From assembly GCA_002269645.1 (NCBI GenBank), contig NIVC01004664.1:1-38811 (forward strand): 38,811 nucleotides of DNA. The letters are read 5' to 3'. The notes beneath the pieces were generated by a model. It did no database searches and was not told the origin of the DNA. It was given only the letters and a program-made list of their open reading frames with translations. A program made the translations under genes and the position numbers. Origin of the DNA: Macrostomum lignano. Taxonomy: Eukaryota. This document shows positions 1 to 14,093 of this stretch, one piece after another. Every line of letters begins with the position of its first letter. Positions within the stretch are counted from its first letter, which is position 1.

Positions 1-234
1 ATTTCTCATAGCAATTCCCAACCATGGACTGGGGCGCTACACTTGCAAGTCTGATTTGCTAATGCCAATTTGTCGGCATGTTCTCATGAATAAAGAATTA
101 TGATAATGAAACCTGACCAAAGCCAACTAAGCAGCTGGCAAGAGAAAAGGCAACACAGTAGAAATAATTCGTCAATATTGCTTCACAGGAGCAGCACAGA
201 GCAGTGGCTTGCTAATCATATTTTTGTAGTATTA

Positions 235-240
235 TTTATT
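235..240 (-). terminator. Candidate polyadenylation signal (AATAAA) of the thimet oligopeptidase gene
   Basis: TTTATT on + at 235-240, about 470 nt downstream of the stop codon at 709, in AT-rich sequence. Confidence 0.4.
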
Positions 241-477
241 TTGTCAACAGGTTTCAATTGATAGCTAAACGAAGTACAAAATATTGCGCCAACTTGGGGC
301 ATGCTCCACTCGGGATCAGAACAGGATTATTGAGCATTCGATGTGCTCAAGCCACAGTTAGGGCTAATAGTACATTATTAAATTTGCATAGAGATTATAC
401 GAACAAATTAAATTATTTAGATTATTAGAATGTCGAAGGCCAGTATGATGGCACGGAAACTACTCGTATCGGGTGCA

Positions 478-692
478 CAGTCAGATCCCAGTTCCGAGTC
501 CCGCTAGCCAGCCAGATTCCAGTTCCGAGTCCCGCTAGCCAGTCAGATCCCAGTTCCGAGTCCCGCTAGCCAGTCAGATCCCAGTTCCGAGTCCCGCTAG
601 CCAGTCAGATCCCAGTTCCGAGTCCCGCTAGCCAGTCAGATCCCAGTTCCGAGTCCCGCTAGCCAGTCAGATCCCAGTTCCGAGTCTCGCTA
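478..692. repeat. 31-bp tandem repeat (about 7 copies) in the THOP1 3' UTR region
   Basis: Unit AGTCAGATCCCAGTTCCGAGTCCCGCTAGCC repeated head-to-tail with no spacers. Confidence 0.95.
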
Positions 693-708
693 CCTCGCCA
701 GCCGCTTT

Positions 709-4337
<3,629 letters not shown>

Positions 4338-4345
<8 letters not shown>

Positions 4346-4473
4346 GGTAACCACTAGCAGTTTTAGCTTAGGCTGGACGGAGACGGACAGTCGGCAGTAG
4401 CGAGCAGAGCGGAACGCTAGGCGAGAGGAGATTGAAGCGAGCTGCGGGGAGGGCGGAAGATTGGGGGCGGGGC
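4338..4473 (-). promoter_or_regulatory. Candidate THOP1 promoter: GC box (GGGGCGGGGC, 4464-4473), pyrimidine-rich leader, and an RFX X-box over the ATG (4338-4351)
   Basis: Motifs read directly; their function is inferred. Confidence 0.45.
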
Positions 4474-4751
4474 GTTGTTAGGGAATTTCACCTAGCTCAT
4501 AGATCATAGCGAAATCATAAATCATCGACTATTCTGTTCTATCTAGCCGTGTTGAAATGCTTTAGCACTACTGATTGATCAACTACATGCATAGACAGGC
4601 GGCGAAGCAGACGCTGCTGTCTATGTACAAAATTGAGCGCAGCACTGGTTGACCAGCTTACTGAATAAGGATTTTTTTGTGGGAAGCTACGTTGTGGGAA
4701 AATATGTTAGTCAATGCTGATTATTGGTTTACCACGATTGACTGCGGAACT

Positions 4752-4960
4752 TAACCCTTACCATAGACCAAGACCTAAGCTAAACTCTAATCTAAACTCA
4801 AAACTGAACTAAACCTAAAAAACTAACTTAAAATGCAACCCTAACCTAAAACTAACCTTAACCTAAACCTAACCTAAACCTAACCCTGACCTAAACCGAA
4901 TCCTACCCTAAACCTAACCCTAACCTAAAACCTGATCTTAACCTAAACTCTATCCTAAAC
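4752..4960. repeat. Degenerate telomere-like hexamer tract (CCTAAA/CCTAAC/CCCTAA)
   Basis: About 200 nt of imperfect AACCTA/AACCCT units. Confidence 0.75.
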
Positions 4961-5663
4961 CATGGTTACGCTCATATGAAACCCTTAGGCAGCCAAATTG
5001 CTGGCAGTCAGTTGCCATGCACCCAATAAAACTATGAAGTACTAAACAGAGCAAGCAGTTTGTCGGAACCCCTGCTTTCAGTCCATTAGCTTTCAAAGCT
5101 GACATCTTAAAGGGGTTTTTCAAACAAAGCGTTTAACTTCATCAATAAACTGTGTATGTAAGCAGAGACAAAAATCAGAGAAGTTGATGTCATTGACAAA
5201 TGGCTTTCTGGCTTTTAGCTAATATTTACTTTTTTATATTGACAATTCCAGCTGGCTAATGACCTGTTCTTTCCAATCCGTATAGTACTAATACTCTTCC
5301 GAATGCAGTGCTCATTTAACACCTTTTCCAAATAGATCTGAAAGCTTTGAAACCGGAAAATAAGAGAAAAACCAAAGCAACACAAGTTGTTAAATAAAGA
5401 CTAAATTAAAGCCTGCCCTCTCAAGATATCGCGAAGCTGATAGGGCCAGTTTCGTGTGTTGGTATTGTATTTATAATTGATTGAAAATGCAAAATAGTTT
5501 TGAGTTCAGTAGCAATTAAAATGCGACAATGATAAGACTCGGTTTATAATAATCATACTAAATCAGGGGAAAGAGGAGAGACCATCACACACATGCAATC
5601 GGATAGAAATGCAGCACACCAATTCAGGTCACTTATACCGCAACTTGAGGGGGCCGAGGTAGA

Positions 5664-7085
5664 TCAGCTACTCAGGCACAAATCCAAGTGACCATTGATG
5701 TCGGACTCTGGCATTTGCCTGCTGCAAACTGGACAGCTGACCAGCTGCTGGCTGACTGCTCCTATGCTGGCGGCGCCACCGACGCCATTAAGAGCGCCAC
5801 TGACGCCCTTAGGAGCGCCACCGACGCCATTAAGAGTGCCACCGACGCCACTAGGAGCGCCACCGACGCCATTAAGAGTGCCACTGACGCCATTAGGAGC
5901 GCCACCGACGCCCTTAAGAGTGCCACTGACGCCCTTAGGAGCGCCACCGACGCGACTAAGAGCGCCACCGACGCCATTACGAGGGCCACCGACGTTGTTA
6001 TAGCGAGAGCTGCCACCGCTGCCGCCAAGTCGAATGCCGACACCAGGAAATGCGGCATCGGTGGTGCCGACGGCAGCAGACACGGCGGCGCTAACAGAGT
6101 CGGCAGAAGCGACGCAAACGGCGCCATCTGATTCAGCAATAGCAGGTCGCCAAGATTTCGACTCCACAGAACCTACAGAAGGATCTGGGCCGCTGCTAGC
6201 AGGCGAGGCGGGAATGAACTGCCGAATGTCCGTCTGTCCAGCAGCCGGCCGCTTCGCTGGCCGCTCCCGTTGCTCATCTTTGCCGCCGTCGGCAGCCCGA
6301 CTATTCTTCTTAGCCAACGGCTTCTTCTTATCGGCGAATCCTTCGGGCTCCTTGACTTTGACGAATCGGCCGCCGCAGTCGGCCTGATGACTGCGCCACC
6401 AGGTGTCGTTAGGCCCGGGCGCCCGGTTCATGGACCGGCGCACCCAGCCGTGGAATGGCGGCCGGTTCCGGCAGGGCCCCTCGCAGCGCCACCAGTGCTG
6501 CTTGTAGACGGCGACCTCGTCGTGAAAGCTGTGATAGACGGTGATGTTGGTGCCGGCAGCCGAGTTGATGCGGCGCATGTGCGCCAGAAACTGCGGCCCG
6601 TGCCCGTCACGGTCGCGATTATTGGCGGTGACAAACAGGTGCGCGTGAATCATCTCGTGCAGCAGGGTTTCGACTAAGTCGCGTCTGGGCCGCAGTTTGA
6701 GCAGCGGCTCGCTCAGTTTAATGCAGCAGAGGCCGCCGCGGCCCTCGTAGCAGCACAGGCCGGCGCACAGGGTCATGCGGGGGCTCCACTTCACCTCAAC
6801 TGCGACCAGGCTGCCGCCGAAGTAGCGCCCGTTGAAGTCCAGAAACAGGGCGTGCACATTGGGCGTGGGGTCCACCAGCTCCCAGTTGGGGTCCACTAGC
6901 GAGCCGCCCAACTCGTTGCTATTGGCAACGGCTGCCTTGCCTCTCTGCTTCGAGTCATCCTCCTCCTGCTCCTGGGAGGCCAGGCGCAGGCACAGCTCTC
7001 GGTCGGCCGCCTCCGACTGCTGCTCCTCCTGGCGGTCAAGCAGCTCGGCTTCCAGCTGCCACTGAAGCGCCTCTTCTGGGCTCCA
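5664..7085 (-). CDS. SPRTN: SPRTN/Spartan DNA-protein crosslink repair metalloprotease; single large coding exon, start codon unresolved
   Basis: SLVDPNWELVDPTP, KWSPRMTLCAGLC, ETLLHEMIHA (HExxH), HWWRCEGPC zinc-binding subdomain, PIP-like QTDIRQFI, SHP-like FPGVGIRLGG, C-terminal UBZ4 CPVCSRQMPESDINGHLDLC. The frame is open from the acceptor TCTCTTCAG|TGG at 7085 to the stop at 5664 (1422 nt). The ORF-track start at 6911 is TTG. Confidence 0.93.
   Translation of the reverse strand, partial: WSPEEALQWQLEAELLDRQEEQQSEAADRELCLRLASQEQEEDDSKQRGKAAVANSNELGGSLVDPNWELVDPTPNVHALFLDFNGRYFGGSLVAVEVKWSPRMTLCAGLCCYEGRGGLCCIKLSEPLLKLRPRRDLVETLLHEMIHAHLFVTANNRDRDGHGPQFLAHMRRINSAAGTNITVYHSFHDEVAVYKQHWWRCEGPCRNRPPFHGWVRRSMNRAPGPNDTWWRSHQADCGGRFVKVKEPEGFADKKKPLAKKNSRAADGGKDEQRERPAKRPAAGQTDIRQFIPASPASSGPDPSVGSVESKSWRPAIAESDGAVCVASADSVSAAVSAAVGTTDAAFPGVGIRLGGSGGSSRYNNVGGPRNGVGGALSRVGGAPKGVSGTLKGVGGAPNGVSGTLNGVGGAPSGVGGTLNGVGGAPKGVSGALNGVGGAASIGAVSQQLVSCPVCSRQMPESDINGHLDLCLSS
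5764..5994. repeat. In-frame 21-bp coding minisatellite in SPRTN (about 11 heptads, GVGGAPx/GVSGTLx)
   Basis: GCGCCACCGACGCCATTAAGA-type units on +; translation visible in ORF 5664..6911. Confidence 0.95.
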
Positions 7086-7122
7086 CTGAAGAGATTGGAG
7101 AGAGATCTGGTTATGCGAAACT

Positions 7123-7376
7123 GATAGTATGTAACTATGCTAGTATGTACCTATGATAGTATGTAACTATGCTAGTATGTACCTATGATAGTATGTAACT
7201 ATGCTAGTATGTACCTATGATAGTATGTAACTATGCTAGTATGTACCTATGATAGTATGTAACTATGCTAGTATGTACCTATGCTAGTATGTAACTATGA
7301 TAGTATGTACCTATGCTAGTATGTAACTATGATAGTATGTAACTATGCTAGTATGTAACTATGCTAGTATGTAAGT
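7123..7376. repeat. 16-bp minisatellite (TAGTATGTAACTATGC variants)
   Basis: About 16 tandem copies just upstream of the SPRTN acceptor. Confidence 0.95.
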
Positions 7377-7395
7377 ATGCAATACCGCAATAGAC

Positions 7396-7696
7396 TAATA
7401 ATAATTGATTACGCTTGCCCTAAAGGCCAGATGTGCAACCGACAGCTCAGTCGCAGCTATCGCGCGGCGCATCTGAAGGCTGCGTACGGCTGTTCAGTCC
7501 AAGGACTGGGGGGGTCGCCACACACACCCTCAATTACCCCAGCCAATGCTGGCACCCATTTTACAGCTGTGTGAACAGAAGCAATGCAGAGTTAAGTGTC
7601 TTGCTCAAGGATACAAACTGTTCCAGTGGGATCAGGAATCGAACCCCCCACCTTCAAGTCGTGAGTCCGACGCTCTGACCACTAGGCTACAACCCC
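7396..7696 (-). mobile_element. tRNA-derived CORE-type SINE, family A, full-length copy
   Basis: Minus strand: A box TAGCCTAGTGG, B box GGTTCGATTCC, then CCTTGAGCAAGACACTTAAC...CAGCTGTAAAATGGG resembling the MIR CORE domain, and an (ATT)n tail. Two more copies lie in the window. Confidence 0.8.
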
Positions 7697-7787
7697 TAGT
7701 TGCATGACTGCGATAGACTGCAATAGACTGCAATGCTGCAATATATCATTGCATCCAATACACCCTCATTAACTACCTCGATCAGCC

Positions 7788-7793
7788 TTTATT
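7788..7793 (-). terminator. Candidate polyadenylation signal (AATAAA) for YARS2
   Basis: TTTATT on + at 7788-7793, between the YARS2 stop (8620) and the SPRTN acceptor (7085). Confidence 0.4.
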
Positions 7794-8096
7794 AACTTGT
7801 AACTTACGAATAAAAAATAAATATTGATAACAATAACAATCGAGCTGCATACAGCATCTTGCGCTGAAATGCGGAAGACAAATGGCTATTTATATAATTT
7901 TTTAAACAGAACTAGCAGACACACTAAACTGGCGTACGCAAAAAATGCACAGATACAAATTGAAGCCAAAGAAGCTTAGATAAGATACAAAACTATCGAA
8001 AAAGATTCCGGCTGATCCTCCCAGATGGAGCCGCAGTCTAGCTCGATTGCTATCGTAAAATGAGTATGCTTTTTAAACTTCACGATATCTTCTCAA

Positions 8097-8484
8097 CATT
8101 GGGGTGGGGGCTGGCGAGGGAAGGAAATGCAGCTGCGTACATTGGGGTGGGGTCGGTGAGGGAAGGAAATGCGGCTGCGTACATTGGGGTGGGGGCTGGT
8201 GAGGGAAGGAAATGCGGCTGCGTACATTGGGGTGGGGGCTGGTGAGGGAAGGAAATGCGGCTGCGTACATTGGGGTGGGGGCTGGTGAGGGAAGGAATGC
8301 GGCTGCGTACATTAGGGTGGGGGCTGGTGAGGGAAGGAATGCAGCTGCGTACATTAGGGTGGGGGCTGGTGAGGGAAGGAAATGCGGCTGCATACATTAG
8401 GGTGGGGGCTGGTGAGGGAAGGAAATGCGGCTGCGTACATTAGGGTGGGGGCTGGTGAGAGAAGGAAATGCGGCTGCATATATT
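8097..8484. repeat. About 43-bp G-rich minisatellite (about 9 copies)
   Basis: GGGGTGGGGGCTGGTGAGGGAAGGAAATGCGGCTGCGTACATT units. Confidence 0.95.
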
Positions 8485-8619
8485 GGGATGTTGGCTGTAA
8501 CAAAATGAGTGTTATGAGCTGAAGTTATAGGATTTACATACTATCTAAAACTAAAAATAGATCAGCCAGTCATTAGCAATTTTCCGGAATTCGCTTGATT
8601 ATTAAAAGCTGTCCCGTAG

Positions 8620-11600
8620 TCACAGATTGTCCCATTCGATCAGCAGGAATCTCCGCTTGCTCAGCTTAATCAGCGAGGCGCCGCAGCCGGGCAGGACGCA
8701 GCTGTCGCGACTCAGCGGCGCGTCCAAAGCCGCTTTCGACTCCGCCGCCGACGTGTGACGCCGCAGATTCAGTGTGACCCGACCGGCGGACAATGCCTGA
8801 TTCACCTGGTCAGGCGTCATCTGGCCGAGGCTTCCGTTGCCGCCATCCTCGGCTAGCAGGGACAGCAGCAGCTGGCGCAGACTGACGCCGTCGCGCCAAG
8901 CCAGGCGACGCCGACACGAGCTCAACCGGTCGCCGCCGCGGCTGGGACTTTCCGACAGCACGCCGGCGGCCAGGTCAGCCGGGGTCAGGCTGGCCAGGGC
9001 GGCGGAATCTTCGCCGAATAGTATGCTGGTCCACTTGCGGGCCGCCGCCAGCCCGGCTTCTGGAGGGATTGGCATGGTTTGGGACTGAGATAAGAGACTG
9101 TGTACGTGGGGTGGGTAGGTTGGAGTGCGCATTGGGGTGGGGGTGGGTGGGTTGTAGTGTACATTGAGGTGGGTGTATATGGTGGGGTGGGTGGGTTGGA
9201 GTGCACATTGAGGTGGGTGTATATGGTGGGGTGGGTGGGTTGGAGTGTACATTGGGGTGGGCAGGTTGGAGTGCACATTGGGGTGGGTGGAGCTAGAGTG
9301 TATATGAAAGGGTGGCACCGTACACTAATGTGATTACACAGACCGGGCCGCAGTATTAAGCGAATCCCTCCCAGCTCCCTCACCCCCATGCAGCAGCAAT
9401 GTGACGCCATCGGCCAGCGTAGTCTGCGCCTCGTACCGCTCCGGCGCCGCTGCGTGTCGTTCGCAGAGTTCGGCCACCTGCCGATCACTTAAAAATGTGA
9501 ATAGACGAAGCAAACGGCCCACATCGGCATCTGGCGTGTTGCGCAATCTCTGCAAAGCGGATAGAAAAAACAGGAGCCAGTCAGGTAACTTCTCAATGAA
9601 CGTCTTAGAGTCACTCGCGTCGCCCCAGAGTCGCTTCAGATGACGCAGGTAAAATAGAAAAGGAGTGACTCTTAAGCGACTCTAAAACGAGATGTCACGG
9701 TACAAGTGGCCAAAAAATCGTTAGAGTCGCCCAAGAGTCAATTTGAGGTGTTTTGTTGTCCGCCACTCTGAAGCGACGATCTGGGGCGACGGTATGACGA
9801 CTCTGGGGCCGTGGAGTCATAGTTGAGGCGTGTCAGAGCCCCTGCCTGTAGAGTCACAGAGTTGTGCATTTGAAGATCGAAGCGCATTTGCGTCGCATGA
9901 TGAAGTTAAGTCACAGGTTTAGAAACACAGAACGATTCTTGGACGGCTCTTTCGCGACTCTTTTACAATTCTACAAATCACGTGACGCGCTTGTGACGCA
10001 ATAGTCACCTCTCCGTCGCATTAGACGCGTTTGAGTCGCTAAAAAGTTACAAAACCCGGGATTTTTCAATGCCATTCACATTAATCAGCCTCGCACCTGG
10101 TAAAGCGCAAACGGTGAAGTTCGCTCGGAGCTCAGCCACACAGTGTCGGCCAGTTGGTCGCTTTTGCCCAGCTTCTGTCCATCGCTGGTGGTCAGCAGCG
10201 GCACGGTCAGACCGAAGGCGAGGACGCCTGACTGCTCGAAGCGGCGCAGGCAGGTCAGGCCGGTGTCGATGTTGCCGGTCTGGTCGTTGCCGCCGATCTG
10301 ATAAATTGGATATATTTGAAAGATATTTAAAGCTAGTAATTACCATACACGCCATGAACTTAAGATAGATTTAGGCACCAACCTGCACCAGACATCCGTA
10401 AGTTTTGTACAAGTGCAACCAATCGTAGGCTTGGAACAGAGGATAGAGAAACTCCTTAACGCTCATGCCGTGCTTAGAATTCAGTCTAGTCTGCACTGAG
10501 TGCTTGCCTAGCAGATCGTGCAGCCGAGCGCCGCTTAGCTGACCGGAAAGAAATTCTGTGGCGCTCAAATTGGCATGCCAGGACTGGTTGTTGAGGACTC
10601 TGTGCAAGGGTTTTAATGAGTTGCAGAATAACAAATGCACACACAATATACACACAATAAGAAATTATTTATTGACTTAAACGTATTTGTTTTCGGAAGT
10701 TTTTTTCTATCCATATCTCAGTACTTAATCATTATCCTAGCGTTCTATACTTATCTAGGAATTTTAATATTTATCCAGGTATTCCGATCTTTATCCTAGT
10801 AGTTCAATCTTTATCCGGGTATTTTCAATATTTATCCAGGCATTTCAACCATTATCCAGGTACCGGTAGTTCAATCTTTATCCAAGTAGTTCAATCTTTA
10901 TCCAAGTAGTTCAATCTTTATCCAAGTAGTTCAATCTTTATCCGGGTATTTTCAATATTTATCCAGGCATTTCAACCATTATCCAGGTACCGGTAGTTCA
11001 ATCTTTATCCATGTAGTTCAATCTTTATCCAAGTAGTTCAATCTTTATCCAAGTATTAGTTCAATCTTTATCCAAGTAGTTCAATCTTTATCCGGGTATT
11101 TTCAATATTTATCCAGGCATTTCAACCATTATCCAGGTACCGGTAGTTCAATCTTTATCCAAGTAGTTCAATCTTTATCCAAGTAGTTCAATCTTTATCC
11201 AGGTAGTTTCAATCTTTATCCAGGTATTTTCAAACTTGATCGATGTATTATCAATATTTATTCAGGTAGTTTAATCTCTGTCCAGGTATTTTCAATCTTT
11301 ATCCAGGTATTTTTTAATCTTTATCCAGGTATTTCAATCTTTATACAGGTATTTCAATCCTTATCCAGGTATTTTCAATCCTTATCCAGGTACTTTCAAT
11401 CTTTATCCAGGTATTTTTTATCTTTATCCAGGCATTTTAATCTTTATCAAAGGTGTAAGTCCTTATACAAGCGTTTTTATCTATCTTTATCCAAGTGGTT
11501 TAATCGAGACCCAAGACAGTCGGACTGTGACTGGCCATGTTAATACGAGTAGACACAGACAACAGTGGCCAATGGTATGCTTGTGATTCACAAGCAGATT

Positions 11601-12148
11601 AGCCGCCTAAAGTTGGAGCAATCCAAGGCTATTCAGCATTAAGATGCGCTCGTAAATCATCATATATTCCAAACCAAGCTAGCGATGACAGGCCAATCAG
11701 AAAATGTAAACCGTACTTCGTAATTCAACAACTTTTTCGTACAATTAATACAGCAACTGCGACTACCAATATACGCTAGCATTGCCTGGCAACTTGATTG
11801 ATGAGGCGTTGGGAGGCTGGAAATTGGCGGATCGGCGCTGGGCCTGCGCCTATAGTCATCTATATTAGGAGCTAATAATAATAATAATATGGTAAAAACA
11901 ATACTAATACATATCTTTTTTGTCTAACGCGTTCTAGCCAATTATTATTTACGAAAGTCCGAAAGTCGACAGTGCATTCTCAGCCTAGACTATTATAAGT
12001 ATTATCTACAGGCGTATGCAATATTACACATAATTTCTTGCTTACTAAATGGTGTATAATACAAGCAGTAACACTTGTGCTAGATAACTAATCATCGGTC
12101 TATTTGGTTAGAAAGACTGTAGTACGATAGAAGTGGAGCCATGAAATC

Positions 12149-12207
<59 letters not shown>

Positions 12208-12212
12208 TACTA

Positions 12213-12261
<49 letters not shown>

Positions 12262-12288
12262 CTAAGACAGACAGACAGACAGACACTA

Positions 12289-12341
<53 letters not shown>

Positions 12342-13053
12342 AACAGACAGATAGACACTGCGGAACTCACACGGCCTCGCCCGGACGCGCCCCATCACAG
12401 CAGAAATATTTCCCATGATTATCCGCAATGCCGGCCAGCTGCCGTCCAATGCTCGCCGAATTTTCTTCGACATCGCGCTCGGCCAGCCGGACCCGGTCGG
12501 ACATTCGGCCGGACGGATCGCCGATTCGGGCGGTGGCGCCGCCGACAACAAAGATGGCGCCGTGGCCAAGCGAGCGCAGCCGCAGCAGGCCAACAATGGC
12601 CAGCAAATTGCCCAGGTGCAAACTGTTGGCCGTCGGGTCGAAGCCGCAATAGAAATAGCGACCGCCGGACGCCGAATTCAGGTATTCGTTAAAGTACTTC
12701 TCACTGCGGAGGGTGGGTGAGGTCAATTGAGGTCACATGAGGTCATTTAAAGTTAATTGAGGTTAAATGAGATCATTTGAGGTCAGGTGAGGTCAGTTGA
12801 GGTTAAGTAAGGTCATTTGAGGTCAGCTCGAATGAGCTCGTCTCCCTACACCCTTCCTGGTTCCGCCAATACACAATCCTGTACATGTCCACATTGAAGA
12901 TAAAAATCGCAAGGCGACAAACCTTTTCAAAGGCAGCACAGCCTGAAAGCAGCCGCGATCAAGCAGTGCCCGGACCGATTCGGCCGCGCTGCCACCGCCA
13001 GCGGACAGACAGCGGCGGCACAGGCGGCCAGGTAAATTTATTATTGGGCGCAT
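8620..13053 (-). CDS. YARS2: Mitochondrial tyrosyl-tRNA synthetase, 6 exons, about 495 aa
   Basis: Exons 13053-12923, 12703-12371, 10599-10383, 10297-10097, 9549-9384, 9059-8620; all GT-AG, phase-consistent, 1488 nt. Arg-rich presequence [17 protein letters not shown]; [17 protein letters not shown] (HIGH-type); [15 protein letters not shown]; [10 protein letters not shown]; KLGKS (KMSKS-type); C-terminal [14 protein letters not shown]. Confidence 0.93.
9100..9292. repeat. Imperfect GT-rich minisatellite, YARS2 intron 5
   Basis: Recurrent GTGTACATTGGGGTGGGTGG / GGTTGGAGTGCACATT blocks. Confidence 0.85.
9618..9791. repeat. Nested inverted repeats (foldback/MITE-like) in YARS2 intron 4
   Basis: Outer arms 9618-9640 and 9767-9791 (identical apart from a 2-nt indel); inner arms 9666-9685 and 9721-9740 (18/20). 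Confidence 0.75.
10725..11460. repeat. Degenerate 20-bp minisatellite with higher-order blocks, YARS2 intron 2
   Basis: TTATCCAAGTAGTTCAATCT units; a larger block recurs at 10811, 10938 and 11088. Confidence 0.9.
12149..12356. repeat. (GACA)n microsatellite, YARS2 intron 2
   Basis: Direct reading; ends about 14 nt from the donor at 12370. Confidence 0.97.
12717..12826. repeat. 10-bp tandem repeat containing AGGTCA, YARS2 intron 1
   Basis: 11 units in exact 10-nt register; 7 carry a perfect AGGTCA. Confidence 0.9.
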
Positions 13054-13254
13054 AAAATATGCCAGTTGTTTGAAGTATAAATATTTAGGCTGTTTTATTA
13101 GATAGTATATTGCAGAAAAATTATGTAATGAAAAATCGCTACTGTTCTACTCCACTGCTACTGTGAGTACCAATTTCAACGCTTAAAAGGAATGCTGTTT
13201 GTTAAATTAATTCTGCTGCAAATTCTCACCGTTACTTGTGATATAACTGCTAGA

Positions 13255-13365
13255 TTATTACTACCTAAACCCACACTACTGCTGCTACTACTGTTACTAC
13301 CACTGCTACTACTACTACTACTGCTACTACTATTACTACTATTACTACTACTGCTACTACTACTG

Positions 13366-13425
<60 letters not shown>

Positions 13426-13633
13426 TTACTACTACTACTAGTGCTACAACTACTACTACTACTACTGCTACTACTACTACTATTACTACTATTACTACTA
13501 CTGCTACTACTACTACTACTGCTGCTACTACTATTACTACTACTGCTACTACTACTACTAATACTAATACTACTACTATTACTACTACTGCTACTACTAC
13601 TGCTACTACTACTACTACTACTACTACTACTAT

Positions 13634-13664
<31 letters not shown>

Positions 13665-13749
13665 GCTACTACTACTACTACTGCTACTACTACTACTACT
13701 ACTACTACTGCTACTACTTCTACTACTGCTACTACTACTGCTACTACTG

Positions 13750-13787
<38 letters not shown>

Positions 13788-13788
13788 G

Positions 13789-13822
<34 letters not shown>

Positions 13823-13824
13823 TG

Positions 13825-13868
<44 letters not shown>

Positions 13869-13869
13869 G

Positions 13870-13901
<32 letters not shown>

Positions 13902-13902
13902 G

Positions 13903-13961
<59 letters not shown>

Positions 13962-13962
13962 G

Positions 13963-14003
<41 letters not shown>

Positions 14004-14004
14004 G

Positions 14005-14036
<32 letters not shown>

Positions 14037-14049
14037 GCTACTACTACTG

Positions 14050-14093
<44 letters not shown>

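Noticed and set aside
6915-6929. Second X-box-like palindrome GTTGCTATTGGCAAC
   Set aside because: It lies within SPRTN coding sequence (VANSN) and is explainable by codon content.
7808-7857. Candidate SPRTN first exon with a strong GTAAGT donor at 7807
   Set aside because: The ATGs at 7857 and 7850 give phase 2 and phase 1, incompatible with the phase-0 acceptor at 7085, and the peptides look non-coding.
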